40,000 nt of DNA from Patescibacteria group bacterium UBA5532. Lineage in GTDB: Bacteria > Patescibacteriota > Gracilibacteria > BD1-5 > UBA2023. The notes under the pieces are model-generated. The model was given only the letters and a program-made list of their open reading frames with translations, did no database searches and was not told the origin of the DNA. Position numbers and translations under genes: made by a program. This document shows positions 10,265 to 20,857 of the stretch, one piece after another; within the stretch, counting starts at the first letter, position 1, and each line of letters begins with the position of its first letter. Where the stretch lies: contig DINU01000017.1 of NCBI GenBank assembly GCA_002426885.1, positions 37,961 through 77,960 of the forward strand, read 5' to 3'.

Positions 10265-10936
10265 CTACGGATGATACCACTTGTCTCAGAGAAAGTATCG
10301 CAGATCGTCTTCCGTGAAAGAATATTCCTTTTTCTCATAATCCCAGTGAACTATCTCTCACGACTCATCCCGAGCAACGAGAAGGAGTCCAAGCCGATAG
10401 ACATAAAACTGAATTATCGGTGCGGAGCGATATGGTTCTGATTGAGAAAGAAAATAGAGCTCTCTTCGCTCAGTTCCTGTATAACGAGGATAGAAGCAAT
10501 GGAGTTTTTGTCTATTGTCAGAGAAATCGAGTCCACCACAAGGAAAATTATAGAGTGCCCAGTAATTTCCAGGAGAAGACAGCATCTGAGTGTATGTTCC
10601 TGTGGAAGATCCTCCTACCGATATGAGAAACATCGGATAAGAGAAACGGGGATGATATACAGGAATAATCTGAAGCAGTGTCCCTGTTTGGAATGGGGGT
10701 ATTCATTGTCTGAGTATTTCATTCATTGCATTTGAAAACTTATTATCTTCATAACATCCATCAAGTATGAGATGAAACATCCGATCAGGCACCTCTTCGT
10801 GATAAATATTCTCATAGGGATTCTCTATCGCATAGAGTAACTCTGTCTCGCATGTTACACCAAGAGAGGCATGAGTGATTGAAATATTTCAGAAAAGGAA
10901 GATGGGAAGAAGGAGAGAAAAAATGAAGATTCGCAT
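10265..10936 (-). CDS. Secreted hypothetical protein (223 aa), paralog of 10955..11584
   Basis: Table-25 frame MRIFIFSLLLPIFLFGNISITHASLGVTCETELLYAIENPY... includes track ORF 10358..10633. The C-terminus ...LLLVARDESGEIVHWDYEKKEYSFTEDDLRYFLGDKWYHP shares LLV.RD..G....L..LGDKW[YH]HP with its neighbour. Confidence 0.7.
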
Positions 10937-10954
10937 AAATGAGAGAAAAAAATC

Positions 10955-11584
10955 TTATGGATGATGCCACTTGTCTCAGAGAATATCCTGAAGTGTTGCA
11001 AGTTCATCAGACGGAGCTTGAACTTTCCAGCGTGTTTCCGCATCGATGACTATTCCATCCTGATCCCGTACAAGAAGACTTACTCCCCGTTTATGCTCTA
11101 TATACTGGATCATAGAAGTATCCGTGAGATTCTCATATTCATTGAACCAAGTACTGATCTTAAAAAAAGTTAGACTTTCCTGAGAGAGTACGTTAGTTCA
11201 TGAGTTATACGCATTTGTACGAATACCCTCAAGAGGAAGGATCACAAAATAATTTGCAGGTATCCATTCATGGGTGACAATATGTTTACAATCGATAAAC
11301 CAATAGAGGGTATATGGGACACCAGGAGAAACTACGAGACTCGGATTTACGTCATTCATGAGGTAAAGTGGAATGGGATAGTCATTGTGAAGTCGACATC
11401 CTGTCAGCTCGAGATTCGTTGTCATTGCTTTTCTCGCGGTTCTCTGAGCATAGAGAAGGTCGGAGAGGCGAAGTCATTCATGATAGAGATTTCCATATCC
11501 TTCCTCGAAATAAAACATACTGCTCGCGTAGATAGAAGGGGAAAGTATGAAAAATACCAGAAGGAAGGATATGATCTTTTTCAT
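10955..11584 (-). CDS. Secreted hypothetical protein (209 aa), paralog of 10265..10936
   Basis: MKKIISFLLVFFILSPSIYASS (signal peptide) ... includes track ORF 11198..11425 ... SLLVRDQDGIVIDAETRWKVQAPSDELATLQDILGDKWHHP. Starts 7 nt after the stop of the upstream peptidase gene. Confidence 0.7.
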
Positions 11585-11590
11585 ATAATT

Positions 11591-12931
11591 TTAGAGAGGA
11601 ACGGTTACGATACTGACGAGACTCATTCAAATAATATCAGGATTAACTCCAGGAACATTCGTACTTGTAATAGCAGTATCACTTGGAATATACTTGTCAG
11701 GGAATCATGCTCCCCATCCAAAATTTACGTGGATCATTTTACTCGGAGTCGACTGGTAACCATACGCAACCATGATATGTCAACTCGGAGTAGTAGGACT
11801 ACCGTTATGGTAATTCACAATGAGTGGTCGCTGTGCATTGACTTCATTGACGACGCGGATCCATGCACTCCATACTCCTCAGACATGTGTCCCATTCGAG
11901 ACACTGTATCCACGATCTCGCGCATACTGCATGCCAAGTGCGATAGAACCAAATGAAGTTTCACCACCATTCGCAGTACACACCGTCCCCATATAATTTC
12001 CGATCGATTGTACCATGCTCGCATCGACGGAGACATCGGAAGCGATGACTGATGCATTTCCATAAAGATTCGGATAGGTTCCCTTTCGATCATAATATCA
12101 GAAGATGATCGCAAGAGCAGTGGGTCAGCAACCACCAGAATTTACACATGTTACCCCATTATACGTTGCTGTTGGCTGATCATAACACGGAACTGCACTA
12201 TTACAACGCCAGGTTCCACTCGTCCAGGGGACATCTTTTGTCACAGTACCTGAATATGACATTCCTCCGTCTTCATCTTTAAATTTTAATTTTCCACTCT
12301 TTCTGATTTCTTTCGCTCGTTCCTTTGTTTCTTTCAGAGCATTTTTCGCATCTTTTTTATCAGTCATTATTTGCGTTGTATCCTCGAGATCTTTTACGGT
12401 TACTTCATCCTGAGATGTGCTCTCGACGTACTGCTCGACCGCACTGTAATAATAGAGCTTATTCTTATTTTTCTCATATCCCTGTGTCAATCTCTCATAG
12501 TTCGCGAGTCCATCGGTCCCCGCTTCCATTACCCTCGATTCTCCATCGAGAGTAGCAATAATAACTGAACCACAGTCGAAAGTATTATCACACTGAATTT
12601 TCCACTCGTAGACGATCGGACTGCTTGTATCATCCGTGTAATATGGAACAGGATTCCCTGCGGGCTCGGGATTATTTCACTTCCAGAAATGATCGTACGG
12701 TTCCAATTCTTCTATATATGACTGAAGCAGTGTCTGAGCCGCCTCGACATCTTTCTTATTTATTTTTACCTTTTCGATAGAGCTATCCGTTTCTTGGAGT
12801 TTCAGGGAAGTCTCAGACAAAAAAGAATTATCTGATGATAATTCTGAGGTGGCGTACACATATGAAGAGAGAAATGTCTGCAAGCCAAATACCAAAACGA
12901 GGGTACATGACAGAGAAAAACGCATTTTCAT
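11591..12931 (-). CDS. Secreted papain-like cysteine peptidase, C39-like domain (446 aa)
   Basis: Signal peptide MKMRFSLSCTLVLVFGLQTFLSSYVYA. Track ORFs 12677..12931 and 12125..12529 are in one frame. Catalytic-Cys motif NSGGCGPTALAIIFGYYD (the Gly after Cys is TGA 12125-12127) and His motif PSGHIMVAYGY. I checked 11591-12130 codon by codon and found only TGA interruptions. Confidence 0.78.
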
Positions 12932-13019
12932 AAAGAAAAATAATTATGAAGTAGAAACGTATCTCTAGAGACAAAGAAATCATATTCTTTTTCCTGCATT
13001 TGCAACGATTTTTTTTGGA

Positions 13020-13088
13020 TTGACGTTCCTGATATCTGTGAAAAATGCGTGAAGGAAATCGCTTTCAGAAGAAAAAAACTCCAGAAAG
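13020..13088. repeat. Copy 2 of the ~70-bp conserved intergenic element (partner at 10165-10234)
   Basis: See copy 1. It lies 90-160 bp upstream of the minus-strand peptidase gene start (12931). Copy 1 has the same orientation and a similar distance relative to nrdD. Both copies are followed, toward the gene, by ATTTGCAA (a possible -35 TTGCAA on the minus strand). Confidence 0.5.
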
Positions 13089-13522
13089 ATCAGAGAATAC
13101 CGAATCCCCCCTGGTGGTGATGAAAGAGGATTGTGTCATCATACATGCAATCTGAGTGGAAGCATGAAGCTAGAAAAAAACGCCAGTTTTTCTACTGCTT
13201 CGCGGAAGCGGAAATCTCTGTGTGTAAAAAGACAGAAAGTCGAATTTCCGTGGAGGAATTCCATGCCAAGAAAATATAGATTCCGAGATAAATCCGGAAT
13301 GACAGAACTCTAGCACCATCATCTCGCGCAAAATCGATACGCATGAACGAAGTAAAAATAGAATTCCAGTACACAGAGACTGAAAACACACATATTTTTT
13401 GCAAAAAAGAAAAAAGATATATACTCGAGGCAATAGTCTCTTACGAACCCTTGCCATGGTCGCACAACTTGATACGTCATGTTCTGTATTTTCGCTTGGT
13501 GTATAGGTTTTTTGAGAGTCAG

Positions 13523-13559
13523 AAAACTCCTGCATCCAAGCGGGAGTTTTTATTTTTTT
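13523..13559 (+). terminator. Intrinsic terminator-like hairpin + T-run at the end of an ORF-poor region
   Basis: AAAACTCCTG-(8 nt loop)-CGGGAGTTTT followed by TATTTTTTT. It ends 12 nt before the Nudix ATG. Confidence 0.5.
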
Positions 13560-13571
13560 ATTCTAGAAATC

Positions 13572-14015
13572 ATGCAAAAACCTGAATTTTATGGGGCTGT
13601 CTATGCTCTCATCGAGAATGATACATGAGAGATGCTCTTCGTAAAGCGAAAAAATACGGGCTATCTCGATGGATGGTATGGCTATCCTGCGTGACATATC
13701 GAAGAATGAGAGACACTCAAAGAGGCGATACAGCGCGAAATACGAGAAGAAATCGGTCTGGAGATTCCAGAATCCGATCTGGAACTCGTTCACATATGTC
13801 ATCGTATTGATACCACTGATAGGACATATTTTGACTGCTACTTCAGAGTAAAGCAATTTCATGGAATGCCAATAAATGCAGAGCCCGAGAAATCAGAATG
13901 AGTATTTTGGATTGACTGGAACAATGAAGAGCTCATCCAGAATAAATCCATACTCAAGAAAATCTCTGCTGGAGCATACTTTTCTGAGATAAAAAATCTC
14001 GAGATCATCTTCTAA
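13572..14015 (+). CDS. NUDIX hydrolase (147 aa, intact)
   Basis: MQKPEFYGAVYALIENDTGEMLFVKRKNTGYLDGWYGYPAGHIEEGETLKEAIQREIREEIGL. This is a canonical Nudix box G-x5-E-x7-REUxEExGU. Four TGA Gly codons. Ends at TAA 14013-14015. Confidence 0.85.
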
Positions 14016-14032
14016 TTTATAACTTTTTCACT

Positions 14033-15934
14033 ATGTCTTCTCTCTCCACACGACGCCACTCGCTCTCACATATCATGGCGCAGGCAACTCGCATGATTAT
14101 GGGAGCCGATGTGAAGCTCGCTATCGGTCCCGATGTGGACACATGATGGTATTACGATATGGATTTTGGCGATACTCCGCTCGAGGAAGCACGACTGAAG
14201 GATATCGAGAAAAAAATGCAATCCATCATTCGTGAAAATCAGGAATTTCGACAGTTTTCTCTTTCTCTTGCGGATGCAGAGACCCTTCTGTCGGCGCTCG
14301 GGGAAAAATATAAACTCGAGATGATCCGTGACCTCGGAGAAAAAGGCGAGACAACCATCTCTTTTTTCGCGAATATCGGAAAGTATGAAAATCCTGCATA
14401 CAAGGATTTTTCATTCCTAGAAAATCCGAAGACGTGCGCAAGAATCGAAGGAGAGGAAGTAGTCGTCCCGGTCGAGGAAAAGAAATGGAGCGACTCTGAA
14501 TATGACTTCCGAAAGGCGACTTTTATCGATATGTGTCAGTGACCTCACGTGCAATACGCGGGGGAAATCCCAGAGTGAAGCTACACGCTCGATAAGCTCG
14601 CAGGCGCATACTGGCGCGGAGACGCGAAAAATCCTCAGCTCACTCGCATCTATGGACTCGCGTTCGAAGATGCGAAGGCGCTCGCAGACTATACGAACAT
14701 GATGGAAGAAGCGAAAAAACGCGACCATCGAATCCTCGGGAAAAAGCTCAAGCTTTTTACTCTTTCTGATCTTGTCGGCTCATGACTCCCACTCCTTCAA
14801 CCGAAGGGAATGATCATCCGAAAAGAAATCGAAGAGTACCTCTGGAATCTTCATAAAGATAAATGATACCTCCGAGTCTGGACGCCACACCTCGCAAAAG
14901 AAGATCTCTACATTACGAGCGGACATGCGGGGCACTATCTCGAAGATATGTTCTCTGTGTGGGGCGGAACGAGCAAGGAAAAATTTCATGTAAAACCGAT
15001 GAATTGTCCGCATCATATGCAGATATTCGCGGATAATCAGTTCAGTTATCGTGATATGCCGATCCGATACTTCGAGCCTGCGACAGTCTATCGTGACGAG
15101 AAAACGGGGCAACTCTCATGACTGACACGTGTCCGCTCGATCACGCAGGATGATGGACATCTTTTTTGTCGAGTTTCTCAGATCAAGGAGGAAGTCTCCA
15201 CGATCGTCGGGATTATAAAAGAATTCTACAAGACATTCTGACTGCTCGAAGGATACTGGGTCTCATGGTCGGTTCGGGATCCGAATAACCTCGAGAAATA
15301 TCTCGGATCGGATGAAGTATGGAAAATAGCTGAATCTTCTCTCGAAGAAGCAGCACAGGCAAATGGTCTGAATTATCGGAGAATCGAAGGGGAAGCAGCA
15401 TTCTATGGACCGAAGCTCGACTTTATGTTTAAGGATGCGATCGGTCGAGAGTGGCAACTCGCGACGATCCAGTGTGATTTTAACCTTCCGAATCGATTCG
15501 AGCTCAAGTTCATGAATGAAAAATGAGAAGAGGAGCGGCCCGTCGTGATTCACCGCGCGATCTCTGGATCACTCGAGCGATTTATGGGGATTATGATCGA
15601 GCATTTTGCGGGGACTTTCCCACTCTGGCTCGCTCCGGTGCAAGCAGTCGTGATCCCTGTCGGTGAGAAATTCAGTACATATGCTGATATGGTTTTCGCA
15701 GAGCTCAAAAAAGCGGATATCCGTGTGAAGCTCGATATATCGTCTGAGTGACTCGGGAAAAAAATCCGCAACGCAGAGACGGATCATGTGAATTATATCC
15801 TGGTCGTGGGCGAGAAGGAAGTGAACGAAGGAAATATTTCTGTCAGAAATTACAAGACGAAGGAGCAATCCACGGAATTACTCGAGGATTTCATCGAGAG
15901 AATCCGTGAAGAAAGAGAGGAGAAAAAGCTGTAA
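14033..15934 (+). CDS. thrS: Threonine--tRNA ligase (633 aa) starting at the editing domain, with no N-terminal TGS domain
   Basis: [26 protein letters not shown] (editing-domain HxxxH), DMCQGPH, class II motifs ..[15 protein letters not shown].., [37 protein letters not shown], then the anticodon-binding domain. I walked the whole 14522-15934 stretch codon by codon and found only TGA interruptions. Confidence 0.95.
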
Positions 15935-15967
15935 AATGAGTATTCTAGATATCTTATAAAGATAAAT

Positions 15968-15995
15968 TTGACAATTATTATATTTTGAATATAAC
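15968..15995 (+). promoter_or_regulatory. Candidate sigma70-like promoter TTGACA-N16-TATAAC
   Basis: TTGACA at 15968-15973 and TATAAC at 15990-15995, about 30 nt upstream of the ATG at 16026. Confidence 0.35.
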
Positions 15996-16025
15996 AATCT
16001 TTGTTTTATTCTTAACTACACGACT

Positions 16026-16421
16026 ATGCGTACTGATAAAGAATCCTCCAATATGTATTGGGAAACTCTCCCTTATCTTGATGAATCCAGCAGGACTTCA
16101 TTCACTATTCGACAGAAGATTGATGCAGTTCTCGGCACTAATACTGACCCGAACAATTTTCTTCCGCCAGTTATATATCGATTACAAAATCTCGTGAACA
16201 TGGCGGAGCAGCATGCAAAAGGTGAGCAAGGTATTGATCCTGCACATGATGATAAGCTCAAGGGTGCTATAACCACACTCAAACGGATACGTGCGAGTGT
16301 GGAAAAGGATTGCATAATTCGTACTGATCAAGGGGCTGAAAACGCCCATTCGATTTTGAATAACCTTATTCGTTCATTGGAATCGCAACTCTATGCTATC
16401 GATTTTGATTTTTATATGTAA
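16026..16421 (+). CDS. Hypothetical protein (131 aa)
   Basis: Track ORF with no TGA, a plausible helical composition, flanked by a promoter-like site and a strong terminator. Confidence 0.6.
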   Translation: MRTDKESSNMYWETLPYLDESSRTSFTIRQKIDAVLGTNTDPNNFLPPVIYRLQNLVNMAEQHAKGEQGIDPAHDDKLKGAITTLKRIRASVEKDCIIRTDQGAENAHSILNNLIRSLESQLYAIDFDFYM

Positions 16422-16430
16422 TACCCCCCA

Positions 16431-16467
16431 ATAGCAAAAAGAGGGCAGATGGCCCTCTTTTTGCTAT
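16431..16467. terminator. Bidirectional intrinsic terminator between convergent genes
   Basis: Perfect 16-bp stem ATAGCAAAAAGAGGGC / GCCCTCTTTTTGCTAT with loop AGATG. A/T runs within both arms allow it to act on either strand. Confidence 0.75.
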
Positions 16468-16518
16468 TTCTCCGTGTACTATGTACTATCTGATAAAACT
16501 CGAGATATACTGAAGCAC

Positions 16519-18663
16519 TCACTCAGAAGCGAATTCGGCAGTCGCACTCGGCGTCGCTGTATTCGCGAAGTTCCACTTCGAGATGCGAGAATTTCCGATC
16601 GTATAGAACGAGTCTCCGATATAGAGTGCTCGGTTAATATAGTCATTCGAGTATTCCCAGATGTGATCAGCGATATACGACTCGACGGTCGCTCCTTCAT
16701 AACAATACTGTGGGACATACCGTGTATTTCCTGGACAATATTCTGTACCATCGAGCAGTTTTACACATGTAGCCGTGTCCGTCTCTTTCAGATATTCCTC
16801 ACAGTCTTTTTTCCATGCATCTTCTGCTCCGCTCGCATATGTGATATGTGTGACACGGAATTTCTCTGCGATAGCCTCGGGAGTAATCTCCACTCAGACG
16901 ACTCACTGAAATGCACCCTTCGTGTATCCTGTTGTATCAGAATCCATGAGAAGTGTAGGCATGAGAAGAAGGTCACGATCTGCATCCCAGACGAACGCTC
17001 GTGGATTATCGAGGACTTCAGAATACGATCCGATTCCTCCGAGTACGAGTGACTGTTCCTGTACGGGTTTTGTAACATCAGCGACATTATAGAGATCGAT
17101 TTTTATTCCGGCATTTTGCGTTCCTCAGAAATTATTTTCTTCTGTCGCATATCCAAGTCCGATCAGTCGATCTGCATCATATGGATGAAGATATGTCGAG
17201 TATCCTGGGATTTTCAGCTCTCCGAGTATCTTCGGGCTCGATGCATTACTCAGATCGATGACAAAAAATGGATCAATCTGTTCAAAAGTTACGAGATAGA
17301 GACGATTTCCGATAAATCGAGCGGATTGAAAATTCTCATCTGGGGCAATATCCGTAAGTGTCCCGACGACTTTTCCGAGTGAATTCAGGACTGTAACAGC
17401 AGTACTCTGTGTCTGACCATCGACAGCAGTTACGATGCGAAGATTTTCTGATGCATCCTCATCCATACTATACTGATCGAGTGGACTTCCTGCAATGGTG
17501 TGAGAGTAGACATACTGCGTCTGCTCTCCATCAAAAGCAAAACGATGAACGATCGTCGAAGAGGATGTCACTGGATTCCATATCGTCTTACACATTGCTC
17601 CCGCAGGACACGTGCTCTCTCCGTATGAATATACAGGAGTCGTAAGATAGAGAGAATCATGGGAAAGATGAATCTGCTGATTACTCGAGAAAATTACCTT
17701 CGAATCGAGTGCCCCAGAACTTGCCTTCGTATCAAAACGTACGACGGTCGTAACTGCTGGAGAATAGTATGAATCCGAGAGTGTCGAGAGATCATCTGGG
17801 AGCACCGCTCCGATCTCAGTACAGTCGAGAGAACGTCGACTTTCTGTCTTAAATCCATCTGTAACCGAGTAGGTAGAATCGTAAATATTCGGGATGAGCG
17901 AGCGTGCCGCATATGTATATGGCGTCGCCAAGGTAGTATCAGCACTGTAATAAATGGGAGGAATCCCGAGGTAGTTCGTACCGATGAGTGTCATGATACC
18001 ATCAGAATCGAGACGACTATCAGAGATAGTCCCATCGAGCTGGATCACGCGCTCAAGTGAGACACGAGAACGATCGGTCATATCATAGACCGCTACGATT
18101 CCGCGCTGTGTGTTATCATACCATCCGTACCAGCGTGCGTTATACGTGATGCTTCGAGCTGCGGTCAGAATAAGTGTATTATCCTGGACATAGATCTTTA
18201 CATCATAGTATGATTCTGGAACACGAATATTCTGGACGCTTTTTAGTGTATTCGCATCGAGGATCACGACGGCTTTCTCACCCTCCTGATAGGAGTAAAT
18301 ATATTTTCCATCTGTTTTTACTGTATCTGCCTCATCGATACCGCTTACTTGAATATTCGTCTGTGAGTGTCCTGCTGACATGGTCGATGTGCCGAGTGCT
18401 TGGGGCGCCACCATATCGACAGCGGCTTTCTCATACCATGCTCCTCATCGACTGACTGCATCGGTCATACCAGAGAGCATACTTGCGGTCACTGACTCCA
18501 TCTCTTCACAGGATGCAAATGTGCGATATGAGTATGTCGCCTGCTTTTCTACCGTCCCTCCTGGTGAAATAAGCTCTGTATTATCTGTCGCAAAAGCCTG
18601 TCACATAACGCAGAAAGATGCGAGTAAGAAAGACGCACCCCCTAGAGAAAATACATATCTCAT
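16519..18663 (-). CDS. Secreted beta-propeller domain protein (714 aa; Beta_propel/COG4880-like)
   Basis: Signal peptide MRYVFSLGGASFLLASFCVMGQAFA. Track ORFs 17125..18414 and 16519..16893 are in one frame. The family-typical stretch is YLVTFEQIDPFFVIDLSNASSPKILGELKIPGYSTYLHPYDADRLIGLG. Confidence 0.8.
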
Positions 18664-18739
18664 ATGGAAAAATAAGAAATAAAGTGACGACATTATATCC
18701 CTCTCAAAAAGAGAAGTCAAAAGAAAAAGAGTGAAGAAT

Positions 18740-18768
18740 TTGTGCATTTTTCTGAGATATGCTACAAT
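18740..18768 (+). promoter_or_regulatory. Candidate promoter TTGTGC-N17-(TGc)TACAAT for giant ORF A
   Basis: -35 at 18740-18745 and extended -10 TGCTACAAT at 18760-18768. The -10 ends 20 nt before the ATG at 18788. The promoter-like site upstream of ORF C (24391-24419) has the same geometry. Confidence 0.5.
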
Positions 18769-18787
18769 CGCACCATATACCATAATT

Positions 18788-20809
18788 ATGGCTGAAATAC
18801 CATCATCATCCCCCATCCCTCAAGAAACCACTCCGAAAAAATCTCCAGAAGCTCTGGAAAAACCTCGGAATCCTCAACAGGGAGAGAACAAAGAGGGAGA
18901 GAACAAAGCGCCAGAGACTTCTCATGATGAACAAGAATCTCTGCGATGAAATGTCGAAATTATAAAAATGCTGGAGGAAACAAAATCACCATTTTTTCAC
19001 GCATTTCATGAGCTGGTCACACGCTCTTCACTTTCTGAAAAAATCAAGACGACACTCGATGGATCAGAGCTGACAAAAAGTTATTTCTGAAATATACAAT
19101 ACTCGATGATCCATATGGCGCTCGATGATATCTCCCGACAACAAGGTATTACACGTGGACTCGGATTTATAAATAGTACATTCAGGATGATAGGAAAAGG
19201 CGTACAGACCGATGAGCTCTCACGTAAAGAGGACCAAGCAAATGAAATAAGCCCCCAGATCGAAGCTATGAAGACGCGCGTAACGAGACTCATGGAGGGA
19301 TATCTAAGTACGATCACAGCGACGCTCACACAGGAAAAAGATCGTGCAAAACTCCTTGCACTCTTCCAGAATACAGGGTCCATCCGTGGACTTCTGCAAG
19401 GAAAAACAGTCGATCAAGCGCTCGCGATTACTCTCCCGATACAGTCCCCCGAGACAAAAAGTATAATCGTGACGATGGATACGAAACTCAGCAATCTCTG
19501 AGTTCTTCAGGATAGTGTATTCGATAAAATTGCTGGAATGGGAGTATTCGGGGAAAGTATACTGAAGTTCCTCCGCAAACCACCGATCAGCACACTTCTC
19601 GCTTTTCTTCTCGGCATCGAGTCTCAGGAGGATCTCGAGAGCTATCTCGACTCGGAGATGTGGTCTCGAAAAAGTTTTCTCACACTTCTCTCATTCTGAA
19701 AGGATGGGAAAATGAGTCAGTCAGAAAAACCGATTCCATTTCTCGAGAAAGTCGATATGCGAATGCCTGATGGAAAGCCGGTTACTCGGACGATGCTCGG
19801 GGATTTTTATAAGAATATAAAAGAGTGGAAAATTAACTCGACGACTGCATGATTCTGGCAGAGCATCTTCTCGACGGGAAAACTCGAGTTCTCCGCTGGG
19901 AATACACATAAACGCATCGTATTTCCATGACTGGACGAGATGATTCGAGCACATGCAAACGGGGTCGTCTCCCCCATGGAAGCGATTATGAAGAGTCTGA
20001 ACGAGGGAAAGGTCGAGGATATTCCAGTATCGACTGCAAGTACATCGTGAAAAACAGATAGTAAACCAGAAACTCCAGCCGAGAAAACACCTCCGAAGTT
20101 CGAGGATCTGCGTGCGGGGGATGGATATGAATTCGTGGGTGAGCAGAGTGATCCGACACCCGAGCAGAAACAAGCAAAGATCGGTGAACAAGAAGTCATA
20201 AAGACTCGGAAAATCCAGGAAAAAGGAAAGCCAGACACGATAAAAACCGTCTCAAGTATAGGAGAAAAAATATATTTCTGGGATGAGACGAAGAAAACGT
20301 GGACAGAAGATCCAGATCTCGTCATCAGCAATAGTGCGATCATGAAGAAAGTCATCAATCTGACGGGTAAGCCAGATGATGAGAAAAAACCTGAGGCGAC
20401 ACCGGCGAAGCCAGCAGAAGCAGGTAAGCCGGAAGAATCGAAAGAAGGGGGAGCAGATGAGAAACACATATTCCAAGATGCATTTAAAAAAGCAACGACA
20501 TTTCCATTTACGTACACAGTGGGTGGGGAGGAGAAGACAGTATCATATAATTCTGGAACGGGGGAATTTATGATCGGAGATAAGAAGTACACCCTGACGG
20601 TCAAGAAGAGTACACTCTTCTCGAAGCGTATCGCAGGTATTCAGATGACCCCTGAAACTATTCTCATAAACATGGAAGGATTTTTTGTACCCAATATCAC
20701 ACTCCCAAAGTCAAACGTTCCTATCGCTCAGATATTTGCACTCGAAAAGCGAGATTCCTTGCCTATCGTGCAAGACTGATCTCTCATAGCAACATTTCAG
20801 AGAATATAA
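18788..20809 (+). CDS. Giant-ORF cluster protein A (673 aa), no recognisable domain
   Basis: Track pieces 18731..18949, 19106..19501 and 20135..20779 lie in one frame. I read the gaps codon by codon and found only TGA. The N-terminus MAEIPSSSPIPQETTPKK.. is acidic and disordered. A Lys/Glu/Pro-rich linker lies near 20380-20460. Ends at TAA 20807-20809. I prefer ATG 18788 over GTG 18731 because the promoter-like site lies between them. Confidence 0.75.
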
Positions 20810-20857
20810 CATTCCGAGGTTCATCACCTATAAAATACATCCATAATACTCCACCCT

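Noticed and set aside
12932-13571. tmRNA, RNase P RNA or SRP RNA in the ORF-free spacer (also tested in 34062-34359 and 29995-30339)
   Set aside because: I could not find the conserved cores by eye (tmRNA 5' GGGG..GA with a 3' T-arm-CCACCA and a tag ORF ending in a stop; RNase P GAGGAAAGTCC / ACAGAA.CCGGCTTA; SRP GGAAGCAGC with a GNRA loop). The regions are reported only as unassigned.
18731-18787. GTG start at 18731 for ORF A, as in the track
   Set aside because: A good -35/extended -10 pair (18740-18768) lies inside this extension, and the first ATG (18788) follows it by 20 nt. The same geometry recurs upstream of ORF C.
19807-20604. 265-aa minus-strand track ORF (also 19721..20191 and 25654..26232 minus)
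   Set aside because: These are antisense shadows of giant ORFs A and C. They are Ser/Phe/Cys-rich, and they break under the same table-25 logic that makes the plus frames continuous over kilobases.
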